From IMG/VR virus record IMGVR_UViG_3300011434_000017, positions 1 through 36,052 of that record: a DNA stretch of 36,052 bases. One strand, 5' to 3'. Shown here in pieces: positions 8,190-17,767 of this stretch (position 1 is its first letter; each line of letters begins with the position of its first letter). Position numbers and translations under genes: made by a program. The notes beneath the pieces were generated by a model that was not told where the DNA came from, did no database searches, and saw only the letters and a list, made by a program, of their open reading frames with translations. This DNA is from a virus. Lineage: Duplodnaviria > Caudoviricetes.

Positions 8190-8571
8190 CAGTGTTGTAA
8201 CACAAGTACCGAATCTACCGCTTAGGCAAACAAGCGGGTTGTTGCTAATTACAGATCAAAACACAGAGCCTCTTGGGGATGATTCTTTTACTATAGTAGT
8301 AAAAGATTCTACTGGGGCTGATATAGTTGTTTCGGTCGATGATCTAGTTTTTACGGTGTATGATCCAATAACTGATGCAGTAGTGCTAGAAATTGGCTCT
8401 TCGGGTATATCTGTAATTAACAGTAATGTAACTATTGATTTTTCAAATATCTTAGTGCCCAGAAATGGCACTTATAGGTGGGTATTGTGGAATTTAACCG
8501 CGGCACCACAACTTAATGAAATTCTGGTAAAAGGCGCTTGGGTGATTCGTAACACTGCTGGACCGGGTTAA
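8182..8571 (+). CDS. putative virion adaptor protein (BppU N-terminal/Ig-like)
   Basis: Pattern 'GDDSFTIVVKDSTG...L.FTV...GTYRW.L...LVKG.W.I' resembles baseplate-upper Ig-like domains. Confidence 0.45.
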   Translation: MASSVVTQVPNLPLRQTSGLLLITDQNTEPLGDDSFTIVVKDSTGADIVVSVDDLVFTVYDPITDAVVLEIGSSGISVINSNVTIDFSNILVPRNGTYRWVLWNLTAAPQLNEILVKGAWVIRNTAGPG

Positions 8572-8572
8572 A

Positions 8573-9271
8573 GTGTTAGATAACGTAGTTATTACAACTA
8601 ATGTTGGTAAAGTTATTCCACGAGTTGCTCGTGGTGATACTTTTACGCAATTATTTATTCCGATTACATCTGATGCTGCTGGCAATGTTATTATACGCAT
8701 AACTGGCGAAATTGATGCTATTTTAACCAACTTTTATCCAATTGGCGATAGTGATGTAACTGCTGATTGGGATATAACTGTTTCAGATTCACTTGGAAAA
8801 GAAATTTATAAGAATAAGGCTGTTCCTGTTGATGGCGATCCTCAAATAATCAATGAGGCTATTGCCGATCTTATAGTTATAACTTGTGCTAATATGGGCA
8901 ATACGAAAACTGCTCATATTGCGCTAACTTTTAGCCAAACTTCATATAAAGAGATAAAATATAACCCCGTTAGCTTAGCTGACGGCCAATTGCCTAATGC
9001 AAGTGCCACAATATATACACATAGGGATGCTTTAGGCGTAGAAATAACGTGGATTAGCTTATTCAATACAAATACTACGGCCGAAACTATTACACTATCT
9101 GTTAAAAGATTTGGTAGTGCTAGTAGATTAATTGCTAGATTTGTACTAGCCCAAAATGAATCTGGGCAACTAGTTGGCCCAATTAGTTTAAGTAATGGAG
9201 ATATAATAGAAGGTGCTACTACTACGGCAGTAAAAGTTGATTACTTAATAACCGGCAATGCTCCATGTTAG
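8573..9271 (+). CDS. two-domain putative virion structural protein
   Basis: 232 aa; C-terminal 'TIYT...I.L.NTNTTA.TITL...L..GD.I.G...VDY.I.G' jelly-roll motif common in phage structural proteins. Confidence 0.55.
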   Translation: MLDNVVITTNVGKVIPRVARGDTFTQLFIPITSDAAGNVIIRITGEIDAILTNFYPIGDSDVTADWDITVSDSLGKEIYKNKAVPVDGDPQIINEAIADLIVITCANMGNTKTAHIALTFSQTSYKEIKYNPVSLADGQLPNASATIYTHRDALGVEITWISLFNTNTTAETITLSVKRFGSASRLIARFVLAQNESGQLVGPISLSNGDIIEGATTTAVKVDYLITGNAPC

Positions 9272-9612
9272 CACAAAAAATATTCACTGCTCTAGGTACA
9301 GAGCGTGCTGCATCCGGTTTAGTTGCGGTTACACCAGCAGCCACAGTTAATATAGACCCCTCTATGGGCGTCTATTCTAAATGGACGATTGCGCAGAATT
9401 GTACTATTAATTTTACAACTGGTGGATATCCGGGACAAATTTTTACGCTAATTATCTTAAACGATGGTACAATTCGCACGATAACTTGGGGTACTAAAAT
9501 GCGCATGCGTGCTACAACACAAGCCGGTACTGCTAATCGTACAATAGTTGCGCAATTCATATCCGATGGTGTAGATTTTTACTCTACTTTGGTGAATACT
9601 GGTGTCGTATAA
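9265..9612 (+). CDS. tail-fibre-tip-like small protein
   Basis: 'TINFT...GQ.FTLII..DGT.RTITW' motif seen at phage fibre C-termini. Confidence 0.5.
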   Translation: MLAQKIFTALGTERAASGLVAVTPAATVNIDPSMGVYSKWTIAQNCTINFTTGGYPGQIFTLIILNDGTIRTITWGTKMRMRATTQAGTANRTIVAQFISDGVDFYSTLVNTGVV

Positions 9613-10873
9613 GTGGGGTCAACTAGTAAATGGTCAAAAATATTACCCGTTACATGTGGGTCAAGCGGAAATTATGCAAACCAAGGCGCGTTTTATTGCT
9701 GCCATCGCTGGAACGGGCGGCGGTAAAACAGTTACAGGACCGCTATGGATTGCACAAGAAATTGAGAGAATTGGAAAAACCCGTAACTTGTCGCATGAAC
9801 CCATTGTTGGTTTCGTTGTCGCGCCAACATTTGATATTCTTGCACGAGCGACTATCCCAACTCTTATACAAACATTTAAGGGCACCAAATTAGAAGGTAT
9901 ATATAAGCCTTCTATTAGGCAATATATACTTCCAAAAGAACTTGGCCGCTTATGGCTATTAAGTGCCGACCGCCCCGGTGGCCTAGAAGGTGGACAAATT
10001 GATTTTGCTTGGATTGATGAAGGCGGGCAGCTTAAATACGAATCATGGGTAGCTATTCGTGGGCGTCTTGGCGTTAAAATGTCTCGCGCATTAATAACTA
10101 CTACGCCATATAGTAGGAATTGGTTATATTATAACTTCCTGAAGATGTTCAAAGTAGGCGACAAAATGTATTTTGTTAAGCAATGGCATAGCATAACTAA
10201 TCCCGGCTATCCACTTGCTGAATATGAAGCCGCTAAGCGCGAAATGTCGCCACAAAGATTTGCAATGCGCTATGAAGCTGAGTTTATGAAACTTAGCGGA
10301 TTAGTGTACCCCGACATGGACCGTTGTTTTAGACCAGCTAGAGATATTCCACAAATACCCGCAGGTGTTGGTGAACGAGTTGGTGGAATAGATTTTGGTT
10401 GGAATGATCCATTTGCCGCCGGCAGCGGTATTCTAACACCTATGGATTATACTATACCAGACACGCTTATAATCACGCGCGAGCGGTATAAGCGACAGTG
10501 CAGTATAGAAGTACATGCGAAGAACTTAGTAAAAGGAACTAGATATTATGCTGATCCGTCAGAGCCAGAACAGATTAGAAAATTACGTTTAGCTGGTATC
10601 GACGTTAAGCCGAACAAGATTAGGAGCATACAAGCTGGCATTGATTTAGTCAATGCTAGAATATACTCTGATAGATTAATAATTAGTGACGAATGCATTG
10701 CAGCAAAAGCAGAAAGCACCGAATATCAATATCCACAAGAGGAAGATCAAACTTCTGGCGAAGAGCCAATTCCGGGTTTTGAGCACGCAATGGATTATAT
10801 TAGATACTGTGTTTGCGGCATAGATAGGCATAAGCTTTCAAAGCGAATGGGCGAATATTCGGAGGTTGCTTAA
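9602..10873 (+). CDS. terL: terminase large subunit
   Basis: Walker A AGTGGGKT, Walker B FAWIDE, ITTTP coupling motif, nuclease GGIDFGWNDP and HAMDYIRY. Confidence 0.95.
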   Translation: MSYKWGQLVNGQKYYPLHVGQAEIMQTKARFIAAIAGTGGGKTVTGPLWIAQEIERIGKTRNLSHEPIVGFVVAPTFDILARATIPTLIQTFKGTKLEGIYKPSIRQYILPKELGRLWLLSADRPGGLEGGQIDFAWIDEGGQLKYESWVAIRGRLGVKMSRALITTTPYSRNWLYYNFLKMFKVGDKMYFVKQWHSITNPGYPLAEYEAAKREMSPQRFAMRYEAEFMKLSGLVYPDMDRCFRPARDIPQIPAGVGERVGGIDFGWNDPFAAGSGILTPMDYTIPDTLIITRERYKRQCSIEVHAKNLVKGTRYYADPSEPEQIRKLRLAGIDVKPNKIRSIQAGIDLVNARIYSDRLIISDECIAAKAESTEYQYPQEEDQTSGEEPIPGFEHAMDYIRYCVCGIDRHKLSKRMGEYSEVA

Positions 10874-11055
10874 TGCTAGAGATAATTAGCTATGTTTTGC
10901 AACTTGCAATCGCTATTGTTATATATTTAACTTATAGGAATGGTATTAGTACACATAAATTAATTAATAGCCGCCTTTCACAAATGATGCGAGTTGACGG
11001 TGAGAATAAATTTCAAGAAGGCCGTGAAGCCGGTAGATCAGAAAAATCAAGGTAA
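10873..11055 (+). CDS. small single-TM membrane protein (holin-like candidate)
   Basis: TAATG coupling to terL; N-terminal TM helix, charged C-terminus. Confidence 0.6.
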   Translation: MLEIISYVLQLAIAIVIYLTYRNGISTHKLINSRLSQMMRVDGENKFQEGREAGRSEKSR

Positions 11056-11060
11056 ATAAC

Positions 11061-11309
11061 ATGGCAGTCGATGCTTGTGCAGGAAAAGATTATGGCAAAT
11101 TAGATGGCGCATATCTAGATGGTGGAGAAGCAATATCATTTATGAAAGCTTTAATGCGCGCGCAGGGTATTCCAGACGAAATTAGCGATAAATTAGGGGT
11201 TTGTTCTATCACTCTAGAGGCTAAAATACATAACACTGTTAAATTGCATATTACTATGCACGCGAAAAAAGAGCTTTGTGATAAACTTGTCAATAATACG
11301 CTTGTGTAG
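11061..11309 (+). CDS. hypothetical protein
   Basis: 82 aa ORF tightly packed in the operon. Confidence 0.65.
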   Translation: MAVDACAGKDYGKLDGAYLDGGEAISFMKALMRAQGIPDEISDKLGVCSITLEAKIHNTVKLHITMHAKKELCDKLVNNTLV

Positions 11310-11311
11310 AT

Positions 11312-11512
11312 ATGGAAAATAGTCGCTACGACGAATTAGAACACGACAATGGTGAAGTTCCATTAGAAGAAGATGAGGAAGAACTTACACCAGAACAAGA
11401 ACGCCAACAGCGTGTAGGTGAACGATCTAAGTTTGTAAAGCGAGCATTAAAACGGCCTGAAAAACTGCCTTGGTGCCACGAAAGTAACCCGTATATTTGG
11501 ACTCCTATATAA
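11312..11512 (+). CDS. small acidic hypothetical protein
   Basis: 66 aa, EEDEEE tract, ends PW..SNPYIWTPI; 3 nt before portal ATG. Confidence 0.65.
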   Translation: MENSRYDELEHDNGEVPLEEDEEELTPEQERQQRVGERSKFVKRALKRPEKLPWCHESNPYIWTPI

Positions 11513-11515
11513 GCC

Positions 11516-12898
11516 ATGTGGACTAAACGCGGGGATGCTAAATCTGTTGGTACTTTAGCACAGCAGCGCCGCGCGCGGCCGCGTGTTAATGATTTTGGTG
11601 GATATTCTACTGATTTCTGGCAGAAAGACCGCCCGCCAGATACAGAAGAACTAGTAAATTCATTCCGTGAAACTGCCTACGCTTGCAGCATACTGACCGC
11701 TGTGGGTGTTTCTAGTGTTGTAATTAGGCTATATTCGTCAACTCCGGCTGGCTCTAGTGGTCCTAAAGCAGCTACAGGAGAAGTAGGTGAAAAGCAATTA
11801 ACCTATCTTAGACAACAAAAAGCTTTGCAAAGTCGTGTTAATAGAGGGCGACGTGTAGATGAAATTGTGGAACACCCCGCTTTGGATTTGCTAGAGCATC
11901 CTAATACTTCGCATAGTGGTACAGATTTATTAGAGTTGCTGTCTTTATATTCTGATATAATGGGCGAAGCCTATTTGAAAATAGACTTAGACCCTATTTT
12001 GAAAATTCCAATGCAGTTGTGGCCGCTACCAACGCATTTGGTGACTGTTAAATTAGATGAGAATGATAAGATAATTTATACTTTCCAAAACGGTCGCAAG
12101 AATCGAGAATACACAGAAGATGAGCTAGTAGTTTTTCTTGCGCCTAATCTACGAAACCCGTATTTAGCTGGTTTAGGTGCTTTAGAGGCGATAATCCAAA
12201 CATTTAGGCTTATGGAACGTGATAACGCATATGCAAATGCGACTATGCGCAATCGCGCACGGCCAGATATTATAGCTTCGCCTGCTAGTGAGAATGACAT
12301 AATTACGCCAGAAAATGCTGAAAAAACAGAGCAAATTTGGAATCGCAAGCTTCAAATGGGGGAAAATGGTAAGTTTCTAGTTAGTACAGTTCCAATGAAA
12401 TTCGAGAAGTTGGCACAAAACGCACGCGAATTAGAAGCAATTGCTCGTGCTGGTCTTAATGAAGCGAGAGTGTGCAATGCTTTTAGCACGCCAATTGCAC
12501 TAATTAAAGGCGACAAGATTAATAGAGCCACTCTTGACGCTGCATTAGTGCAACACGCGCGATATGCAATTGTGCCGCGTGTAAGAAGAATAGTAGAGCG
12601 ATTAAATCATCGAATTTTGCCGCTGTTCGATAATAAGTTATTCTTTTGGTATGATAATCCGATACCAGAAGATGAAGAGAAGATAGCAAAAGTACGCAAT
12701 TTAAATTTATTTAGTATGTATCGCACAATTAACGAAGAACGCGATAGCAATGATTTGCCTCCTGTAAAATGGGGCGATAGACCGTGGGCACAAAACGGTA
12801 TGGCACAAGTTGATGAAAATAATAAAGTGCCAAACGCTGATCCTAGTCCGCAACAAGACCCAAAAAAGCCACCAAAGCCGCAAGGGACTGGGCCTTAA
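11516..12898 (+). CDS. portal protein, HK97 family
   Basis: AYAC, HPALDLL.HPN, GEAY, LWPLP, ICxAF.TP-like and TINE.R...LPP..WGD motifs; position after terL. Confidence 0.93.
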   Translation: MWTKRGDAKSVGTLAQQRRARPRVNDFGGYSTDFWQKDRPPDTEELVNSFRETAYACSILTAVGVSSVVIRLYSSTPAGSSGPKAATGEVGEKQLTYLRQQKALQSRVNRGRRVDEIVEHPALDLLEHPNTSHSGTDLLELLSLYSDIMGEAYLKIDLDPILKIPMQLWPLPTHLVTVKLDENDKIIYTFQNGRKNREYTEDELVVFLAPNLRNPYLAGLGALEAIIQTFRLMERDNAYANATMRNRARPDIIASPASENDIITPENAEKTEQIWNRKLQMGENGKFLVSTVPMKFEKLAQNARELEAIARAGLNEARVCNAFSTPIALIKGDKINRATLDAALVQHARYAIVPRVRRIVERLNHRILPLFDNKLFFWYDNPIPEDEEKIAKVRNLNLFSMYRTINEERDSNDLPPVKWGDRPWAQNGMAQVDENNKVPNADPSPQQDPKKPPKPQGTGP

Positions 12899-12990
12899 TG
12901 TATATAGAAACAGTTGATAGGCTATTAGCTTAGAAAACTATGATATATTTTACGGTGAAGGCACTAACGAAGTTAGAGGCAAGGTAAGTC

Positions 12991-13869
12991 ATGATAAATA
13001 AACAATTCGGTGATTGTGAAGGCCCCCTAGGCTTTCCTATGAATAGCGTTGCAGCAAAAGAATTAGACGCCGCTTTAAAAGCGGTGTCTAAAGAAGTTTC
13101 TGATTTAGTTAGCACTAACATAGAAGGAAATAAAGCTCCCGGCTATTGCCGATTAAGCAAAGGCACTGTAACTGAATTCGACGAAGGCGAACGCAGTGAT
13201 ATTTCTTTCATCACTACAGAAGTAGTGGATAGAGATAAAGAAGTTGTTTTAAGTAGTGGTTTAGATTTTGGCACTTTCAAAAAGAATCCTGTAGTTGGCT
13301 ATGGGCATAATTACTCAAATCCGCCAGTTGGTCGCGCTGCTTGGTGGCGCAAAGTTGCTGGTGATAGTTTTGCTAAAACTGGTTGGATAGCAAAGACCGA
13401 GTATGCAAAGCGCCCTAATGATTGGGTAGGCCCGTGGATGCCGGATGGTATTTGGTCGCTAGTAAAAGATGGTTTTTTGCCCGGCAAATCAATTGGTATG
13501 CTCGTACAAGAAATTAAGAGGCCAGAACCAGCAGAGATTGAAAAGCGAGCCGAATTGGCTCATGCGCGCTTTATAATTACAAAAGCTATGATGGTTGAGT
13601 ATTCCGTTGTAGGCGTACAAGCAAATCAAATGGCAGTTGTGCAAAGCGTTGCTAAGAATAAAGGCTTATTCACAGCGGATTTCTTAGCTGAATTAGGTTT
13701 ACAATTTCCTGATTTAGCTAAATCAATTATAGACCCTCCTAGCCTTCCGTCGATCAAAGATTGTCTAACTTTGGCTGATGTTCCTAGGTTAGTTGAGCAG
13801 AAGCTAAAAAGAATTAACATCAGCGCAATGATAAAAGAAGATTTCGACGCTCTGCGTGGTCGTGTGTAA
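12991..13869 (+). CDS. prohead maturation protease (HK97 gp4-like)
   Basis: VDRDKEVV, NPVVGYGH, G.L.GKSIG, EYSVV.V.AN motifs. Confidence 0.9.
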   Translation: MINKQFGDCEGPLGFPMNSVAAKELDAALKAVSKEVSDLVSTNIEGNKAPGYCRLSKGTVTEFDEGERSDISFITTEVVDRDKEVVLSSGLDFGTFKKNPVVGYGHNYSNPPVGRAAWWRKVAGDSFAKTGWIAKTEYAKRPNDWVGPWMPDGIWSLVKDGFLPGKSIGMLVQEIKRPEPAEIEKRAELAHARFIITKAMMVEYSVVGVQANQMAVVQSVAKNKGLFTADFLAELGLQFPDLAKSIIDPPSLPSIKDCLTLADVPRLVEQKLKRINISAMIKEDFDALRGRV

Positions 13870-13947
13870 TCTGAGTAGCTAGATAGATGGCTTATACCCA
13901 CTCTATTAGAGGCTAACAGATTTAATCCCATAAATAAAAGGTGAAAT

Positions 13948-15333
13948 ATGAAGTGGTGGAAACTGTTGCTTGCGTATGACGGTAAAGCAGTTGGTACTGT
14001 TTTGCAACTTACAGAAGAGCAGTCAAAAGCTTTACAAGCAGCGAAGATTATCGGTGAAAAAGAGGAGCCTGACCCTGTAGAATCTGAGCTTCAAAAAGCA
14101 ATTAAAGAGCTGCGCGGCGAAATTACAACCGAGATGAAAGGGTTGTTTGCCAATCTGCGTGAGGGTCTAAAGGCCACTAGTGCAGATATTCGCGTTATTA
14201 AAGACAACGCGATGGATAATCCCGAAAATAAATTTGGCTACGGCAACTGGGGTAATTGGGCAGCCGACGTTAAACTTTTCAATAGGTCTAATCAGCGAAC
14301 TGAAAAGCTTACCAAATATCTTAAATTCATGGAAGAAAAATTAGCTGCTACTGATAAAGCAGCTTCGGGGCAAAATGAATTAGTTGGCGCTGATGGTGGC
14401 GTTTTAGTGCCGACTATTATGTCCACGGAAATTTTCAAGAAAGCATTTCCAGAGCAATCAGTAATGTCGCTCTGCGATAATCGCACCATTTCTAGCAACG
14501 CCATTGAGTTTAATTACATTATTCAGAATAGCCGCGCAGACGGTTCGCGTCATGGCGGCTTGCTTGCGTATTGGATTGCAGAAGCGCAGGCGTATATTAG
14601 TTCTAAGATGCAATTCAATCGCGTCGGTTTTCGGCTAGAGAAAATTGCCGCGTTGGTATTTGTTACCGACGAATTAATGGCCGACGCTGGCTTTGCTCTT
14701 GAACAAGAAATTGTTCAAGGTTGTGGCGACGCTATTAAATTCTTAGTGAATGACGCAATCGTAGAAGGTGATGGCCTTAAGAAGCCTAAAGGCTGGACTC
14801 AAAGCGCGTGTGCAATTTCTGTTGCGCGTGGGCTGGCTAATCGCATCTTAGCAAATGATATTCTTAAGATGTGGGAACGATGTCCGTCTTGGCTGCGATC
14901 ACAAGCGTATTGGTTTATTAATCAAGACGCGGAAAAAGAATTGGATAAGTTATTCCTCCCGGCTACAAATGTTGCTGGTACTGAAAACGTCGGTGGCTGG
15001 CCGATGTTTTTGCCTGCCGCTGGTTTTCCCAATGGTGGCTTAGTTGGCACTTCACCGGGCACGCTAAAAGGTCGTCCAGTAATTCCCTGTGAGTATGCGA
15101 GTACACTTGGCACAGCAAATGATTTAATGCTAATCGTGCCGAGTCAGTACCGTACCGTATCGCAGAATAGCGGTATTACTGGTGCAACTTCAATTCACTT
15201 GCGTTTCGATTACGGTGAGCAGGCATTTCGTTTTGAATATCGTGTTGACGGACAAAGCATGTGGCCGCAAGCGATGACACCATATAAAGGCACAAATACT
15301 GTGTCGCCGATTATTCTTCTTGCTGGACCGTAA
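13948..15333 (+). CDS. major capsid protein, HK97 fold with N-terminal delta domain
   Basis: ADGGVLVP, WIAE, VTDELMAD, GDGLKKPKG, TLKGRPVI, AFRF..RVDG motifs. Confidence 0.95.
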   Translation: MKWWKLLLAYDGKAVGTVLQLTEEQSKALQAAKIIGEKEEPDPVESELQKAIKELRGEITTEMKGLFANLREGLKATSADIRVIKDNAMDNPENKFGYGNWGNWAADVKLFNRSNQRTEKLTKYLKFMEEKLAATDKAASGQNELVGADGGVLVPTIMSTEIFKKAFPEQSVMSLCDNRTISSNAIEFNYIIQNSRADGSRHGGLLAYWIAEAQAYISSKMQFNRVGFRLEKIAALVFVTDELMADAGFALEQEIVQGCGDAIKFLVNDAIVEGDGLKKPKGWTQSACAISVARGLANRILANDILKMWERCPSWLRSQAYWFINQDAEKELDKLFLPATNVAGTENVGGWPMFLPAAGFPNGGLVGTSPGTLKGRPVIPCEYASTLGTANDLMLIVPSQYRTVSQNSGITGATSIHLRFDYGEQAFRFEYRVDGQSMWPQAMTPYKGTNTVSPIILLAGP

Positions 15334-15366
15334 ATCAGCGTAGTACGCATTTGGGTAAGAAAATAC

Positions 15367-15382
15367 TGCCCCTTCGGGGGCA
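15367..15382 (+). promoter_or_regulatory. GC stem with cUUCGg tetraloop between capsid gene and next gene
   Basis: TGCCCC-TTCG-GGGGCA; no U-tract; GGAG SD follows immediately. Confidence 0.6.
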
Positions 15383-15394
15383 TGGAGAATAAAA

Positions 15395-15838
15395 ATGGTT
15401 GATCCAAATCGACAACTTAGCGATCAAATTTATGTAATGCTTGGTATTACCGGGGTTCTTAATGGCGCTACACCAGTGGATTCTGCTTGTGTAGATGCAA
15501 AAGCACCGCGCAAGATATTAGCAGTTTTCGCTCTTGGCGATGTTGCTGCCGGTATTACTTGCTCAATTATCAAAGCAAGTGATACTTCTGGAACCGGCGC
15601 AGTGGTAATTAAGACTGCTACAATTCTTGCTGCTCATGCAACTAATAATGACCAAGCGCAAGTGCTTATTAATTTAGATCAAGCGGAGTTAGACACAGCA
15701 AAGCCATTTCTAGGCTTGCGAATTGTAGCGGATGGGGCTGAAACTGGCCGGTATTCCGCAGTGTTGTACGGTGCTTTTGCTCGTGAAACACCGCTTAGCT
15801 CGCTTGACCATGCTAAAGTTTTGCAGATTGTTGTGTAG
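15395..15838 (+). CDS. putative capsid decoration/cement protein
   Basis: GGAG SD; directly after MCP; 147 aa beta-rich. Confidence 0.6.
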   Translation: MVDPNRQLSDQIYVMLGITGVLNGATPVDSACVDAKAPRKILAVFALGDVAAGITCSIIKASDTSGTGAVVIKTATILAAHATNNDQAQVLINLDQAELDTAKPFLGLRIVADGAETGRYSAVLYGAFARETPLSSLDHAKVLQIVV

Positions 15839-15850
15839 CGCGCCTGTGGA

Positions 15851-15890
15851 GCGGGGTCGCAAGTTGTAGTGCCAGCAGCTTGCGCCCCGC
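15851..15890 (+). promoter_or_regulatory. long GC-rich hairpin after the head genes (attenuator/terminator-like)
   Basis: GCGGGG-T-CGCAAGTTG ... CAGCTTGCG-CCCCGC inverted repeat; no poly-U. Confidence 0.55.
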
Positions 15891-15897
15891 ATACTGT

Positions 15898-16464
15898 ATG
15901 TATCTAGATATAAGCAAATTACAGGGGTTGACAGAATTAAGTTTAGTTGGCGTTGATATTCTTTTAGATTTAGGCGCTGCTGCGTGTGCTACTTTTGAGC
16001 GCTTAACTGGTATTAAATTTGGTAAGCAAACACATACAGAAGTGTATGATGGCAAAGGCGATAGAACTCTTTTTGTTAAGAATACACCAGTTGTTAACAT
16101 AACTAGTGTAACAATAACTTATAGTGATAGCGAAACAGAAGTCTTATTAGGCAATAATTTTAGAATTAATTCTACAACTGGCAAGATAACTTTTAAACCA
16201 GATTCTCGCGGTTATTTTCCAACTGGCGAACAAAATATAAGTATCATATATGTTGCTGGCTCTGAACCCGTTGAACCAGAAGTGGAGTTAGCAACGCAAA
16301 GATTAGTTTTAGAATTTTACCGCGCATTAACAACAACTAGTGGCAATATCTTACGCGAACGCCTAGGTGAGTATTCGGTAACTTATGGCACTGTGCAGGG
16401 GCAAGTTCCCAATGATGTTATGTCGGTAATTAAGATGTTTGCGCGTCGCATTGTACTACCCTAA
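15898..16464 (+). CDS. head-tail connector (gp6/gp15-like adaptor)
   Basis: 'FE..TG..F..QT.TE.YDG', 'PVV.ITSV', 'NI.I.YVAG', 'ERLGEYSVTY'; ATG 15898 preferred over TTG 15880. Confidence 0.85.
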   Translation: MYLDISKLQGLTELSLVGVDILLDLGAAACATFERLTGIKFGKQTHTEVYDGKGDRTLFVKNTPVVNITSVTITYSDSETEVLLGNNFRINSTTGKITFKPDSRGYFPTGEQNISIIYVAGSEPVEPEVELATQRLVLEFYRALTTTSGNILRERLGEYSVTYGTVQGQVPNDVMSVIKMFARRIVLP

Positions 16465-16465
16465 T

Positions 16466-16804
16466 ATGAGCATACAGAGTTTGATAGCTAAATTTGGTAG
16501 CTCAGTAACTTTTCTTAAGCGAACTGCACTACCTATTAATACAAGTACAGGCAGACAACAATGGGTTGAAACTCCGCTTGCTACTATGTTAGGTTGGTAC
16601 CAAGATTGGTCTAGCGCAGTGCGAAGTGATTTCTCTGCTAGAGAAATAGTTACTAAGAGAGCTTTGTTTTGCGATGCTAATCCCGGCGTATCGGAAAATG
16701 ATATCGCTGTAATAAATGGGCAGCGATATAAAATAACTCGCGTAGTCGATCAGGCTGGTGTGCATAGATTGTGGGAATTTGGAATAGAGAAGATCGAACC
16801 ATGA
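16466..16804 (+). CDS. head closure protein (gp16/gpFII-like)
   Basis: Position and size; 'D...INGQRYKITRVVD.AG' motif. Confidence 0.75.
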   Translation: MSIQSLIAKFGSSVTFLKRTALPINTSTGRQQWVETPLATMLGWYQDWSSAVRSDFSAREIVTKRALFCDANPGVSENDIAVINGQRYKITRVVDQAGVHRLWEFGIEKIEP

Positions 16805-16932
16805 CTACCATGACTAAGCCTATTTGGATTATTATTGGCGTCTTAGTGGCACTTTGCTTTTTGTGGCTAATTTCTGAAAAACTATCCTGTAATTCAAATA
16901 AAGACGGGATAGAAATTGAAATGCGCAAATGA
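16801..16932 (+). CDS. small membrane protein (43 aa, not in ORF track)
   Basis: MTTMTKPIWIIIGVLVALCFLWLISEKLSCNSNKDGIEIEMRK; ATGA overlaps with both neighbours. Confidence 0.7.
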   Translation: MTTMTKPIWIIIGVLVALCFLWLISEKLSCNSNKDGIEIEMRK

Positions 16933-17375
16933 CCGAAGCCGAAGTATTACATATGATTAAATTAGCTTTGGGCGAGCGTTTAATACGTGCTGGAGAATTT
17001 TTAACTGAGCGGATAAAAGAAAACATTGGGATACAGCCGGATCAAGTTATAGTTGAGGGACCGAATCCTAATAAGTACCCGCTTAATCCAACTAGTGTGC
17101 ACGTTTGGGGATATCCGCCGTCAGCAGAGGGCGATTATCCACAAGTTGCATCGGGAGACTTGCAGAGGTCAATTAAATACCAATACGACTTTGCTACTAG
17201 CACAGTATCTATTGGTATTGACCCACTAGAACCTAAATTTGCCCATGAGCAAGAATATTGGACAGAACTTGAACTGGTTACGAATAGAACTTTTATGCTT
17301 CGTAGCGCATTGGAATCGTTGCCGGAATTAGTCGGGATTCTTGCAAATGACCCCGCTTATGCAGTTAATCCGTAG
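16929..17375 (+). CDS. tail completion / neck protein (HK97 gp10-like)
   Basis: 'PS..G.YP...SGDLQRSI', 'LEL.T.R.FM' motifs; position. Confidence 0.75.
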   Translation: MTEAEVLHMIKLALGERLIRAGEFLTERIKENIGIQPDQVIVEGPNPNKYPLNPTSVHVWGYPPSAEGDYPQVASGDLQRSIKYQYDFATSTVSIGIDPLEPKFAHEQEYWTELELVTNRTFMLRSALESLPELVGILANDPAYAVNP

Positions 17376-17751
17376 CCGAGTCTTTTCAAGACTTGGTATG
17401 GAATTCTTTTTCGGCCGAAGAGATTTATCAACTTCAAGGCCGTATATAGTTGCAACTGATATTATGATTGGATCGCCTGAATTTAATACAGAAAAAGTGC
17501 ACATAGAACAAGATTTAATTCAATTGTTCATATATGCCGATACTGATGAAGATGCAAGTTCTATTTGTAAAGAACTGGAAAAAGAATTCATAGATGGTGG
17601 TGAAGTTCCTTTTGACGGCGGCAAAGTAATACAATTTAGCACTAGTGGCTTTAATATCAGCGAAGTTCCCCGCAGACATCCAACCGCTGATATTTTATGG
17701 CTTGGATTGTTCAAACTAAAAATGCTGGTGCAACGCACCGTAGCATACTAG
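17347..17751 (+). CDS. tail terminator protein
   Basis: 'RPYIV', 'IQLFIYA' pattern; position before the tail genes. Confidence 0.7.
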   Translation: MTPLMQLIRSRVFSRLGMEFFFGRRDLSTSRPYIVATDIMIGSPEFNTEKVHIEQDLIQLFIYADTDEDASSICKELEKEFIDGGEVPFDGGKVIQFSTSGFNISEVPRRHPTADILWLGLFKLKMLVQRTVAY

Positions 17752-17767
17752 AACTAGGAGTGATGGT

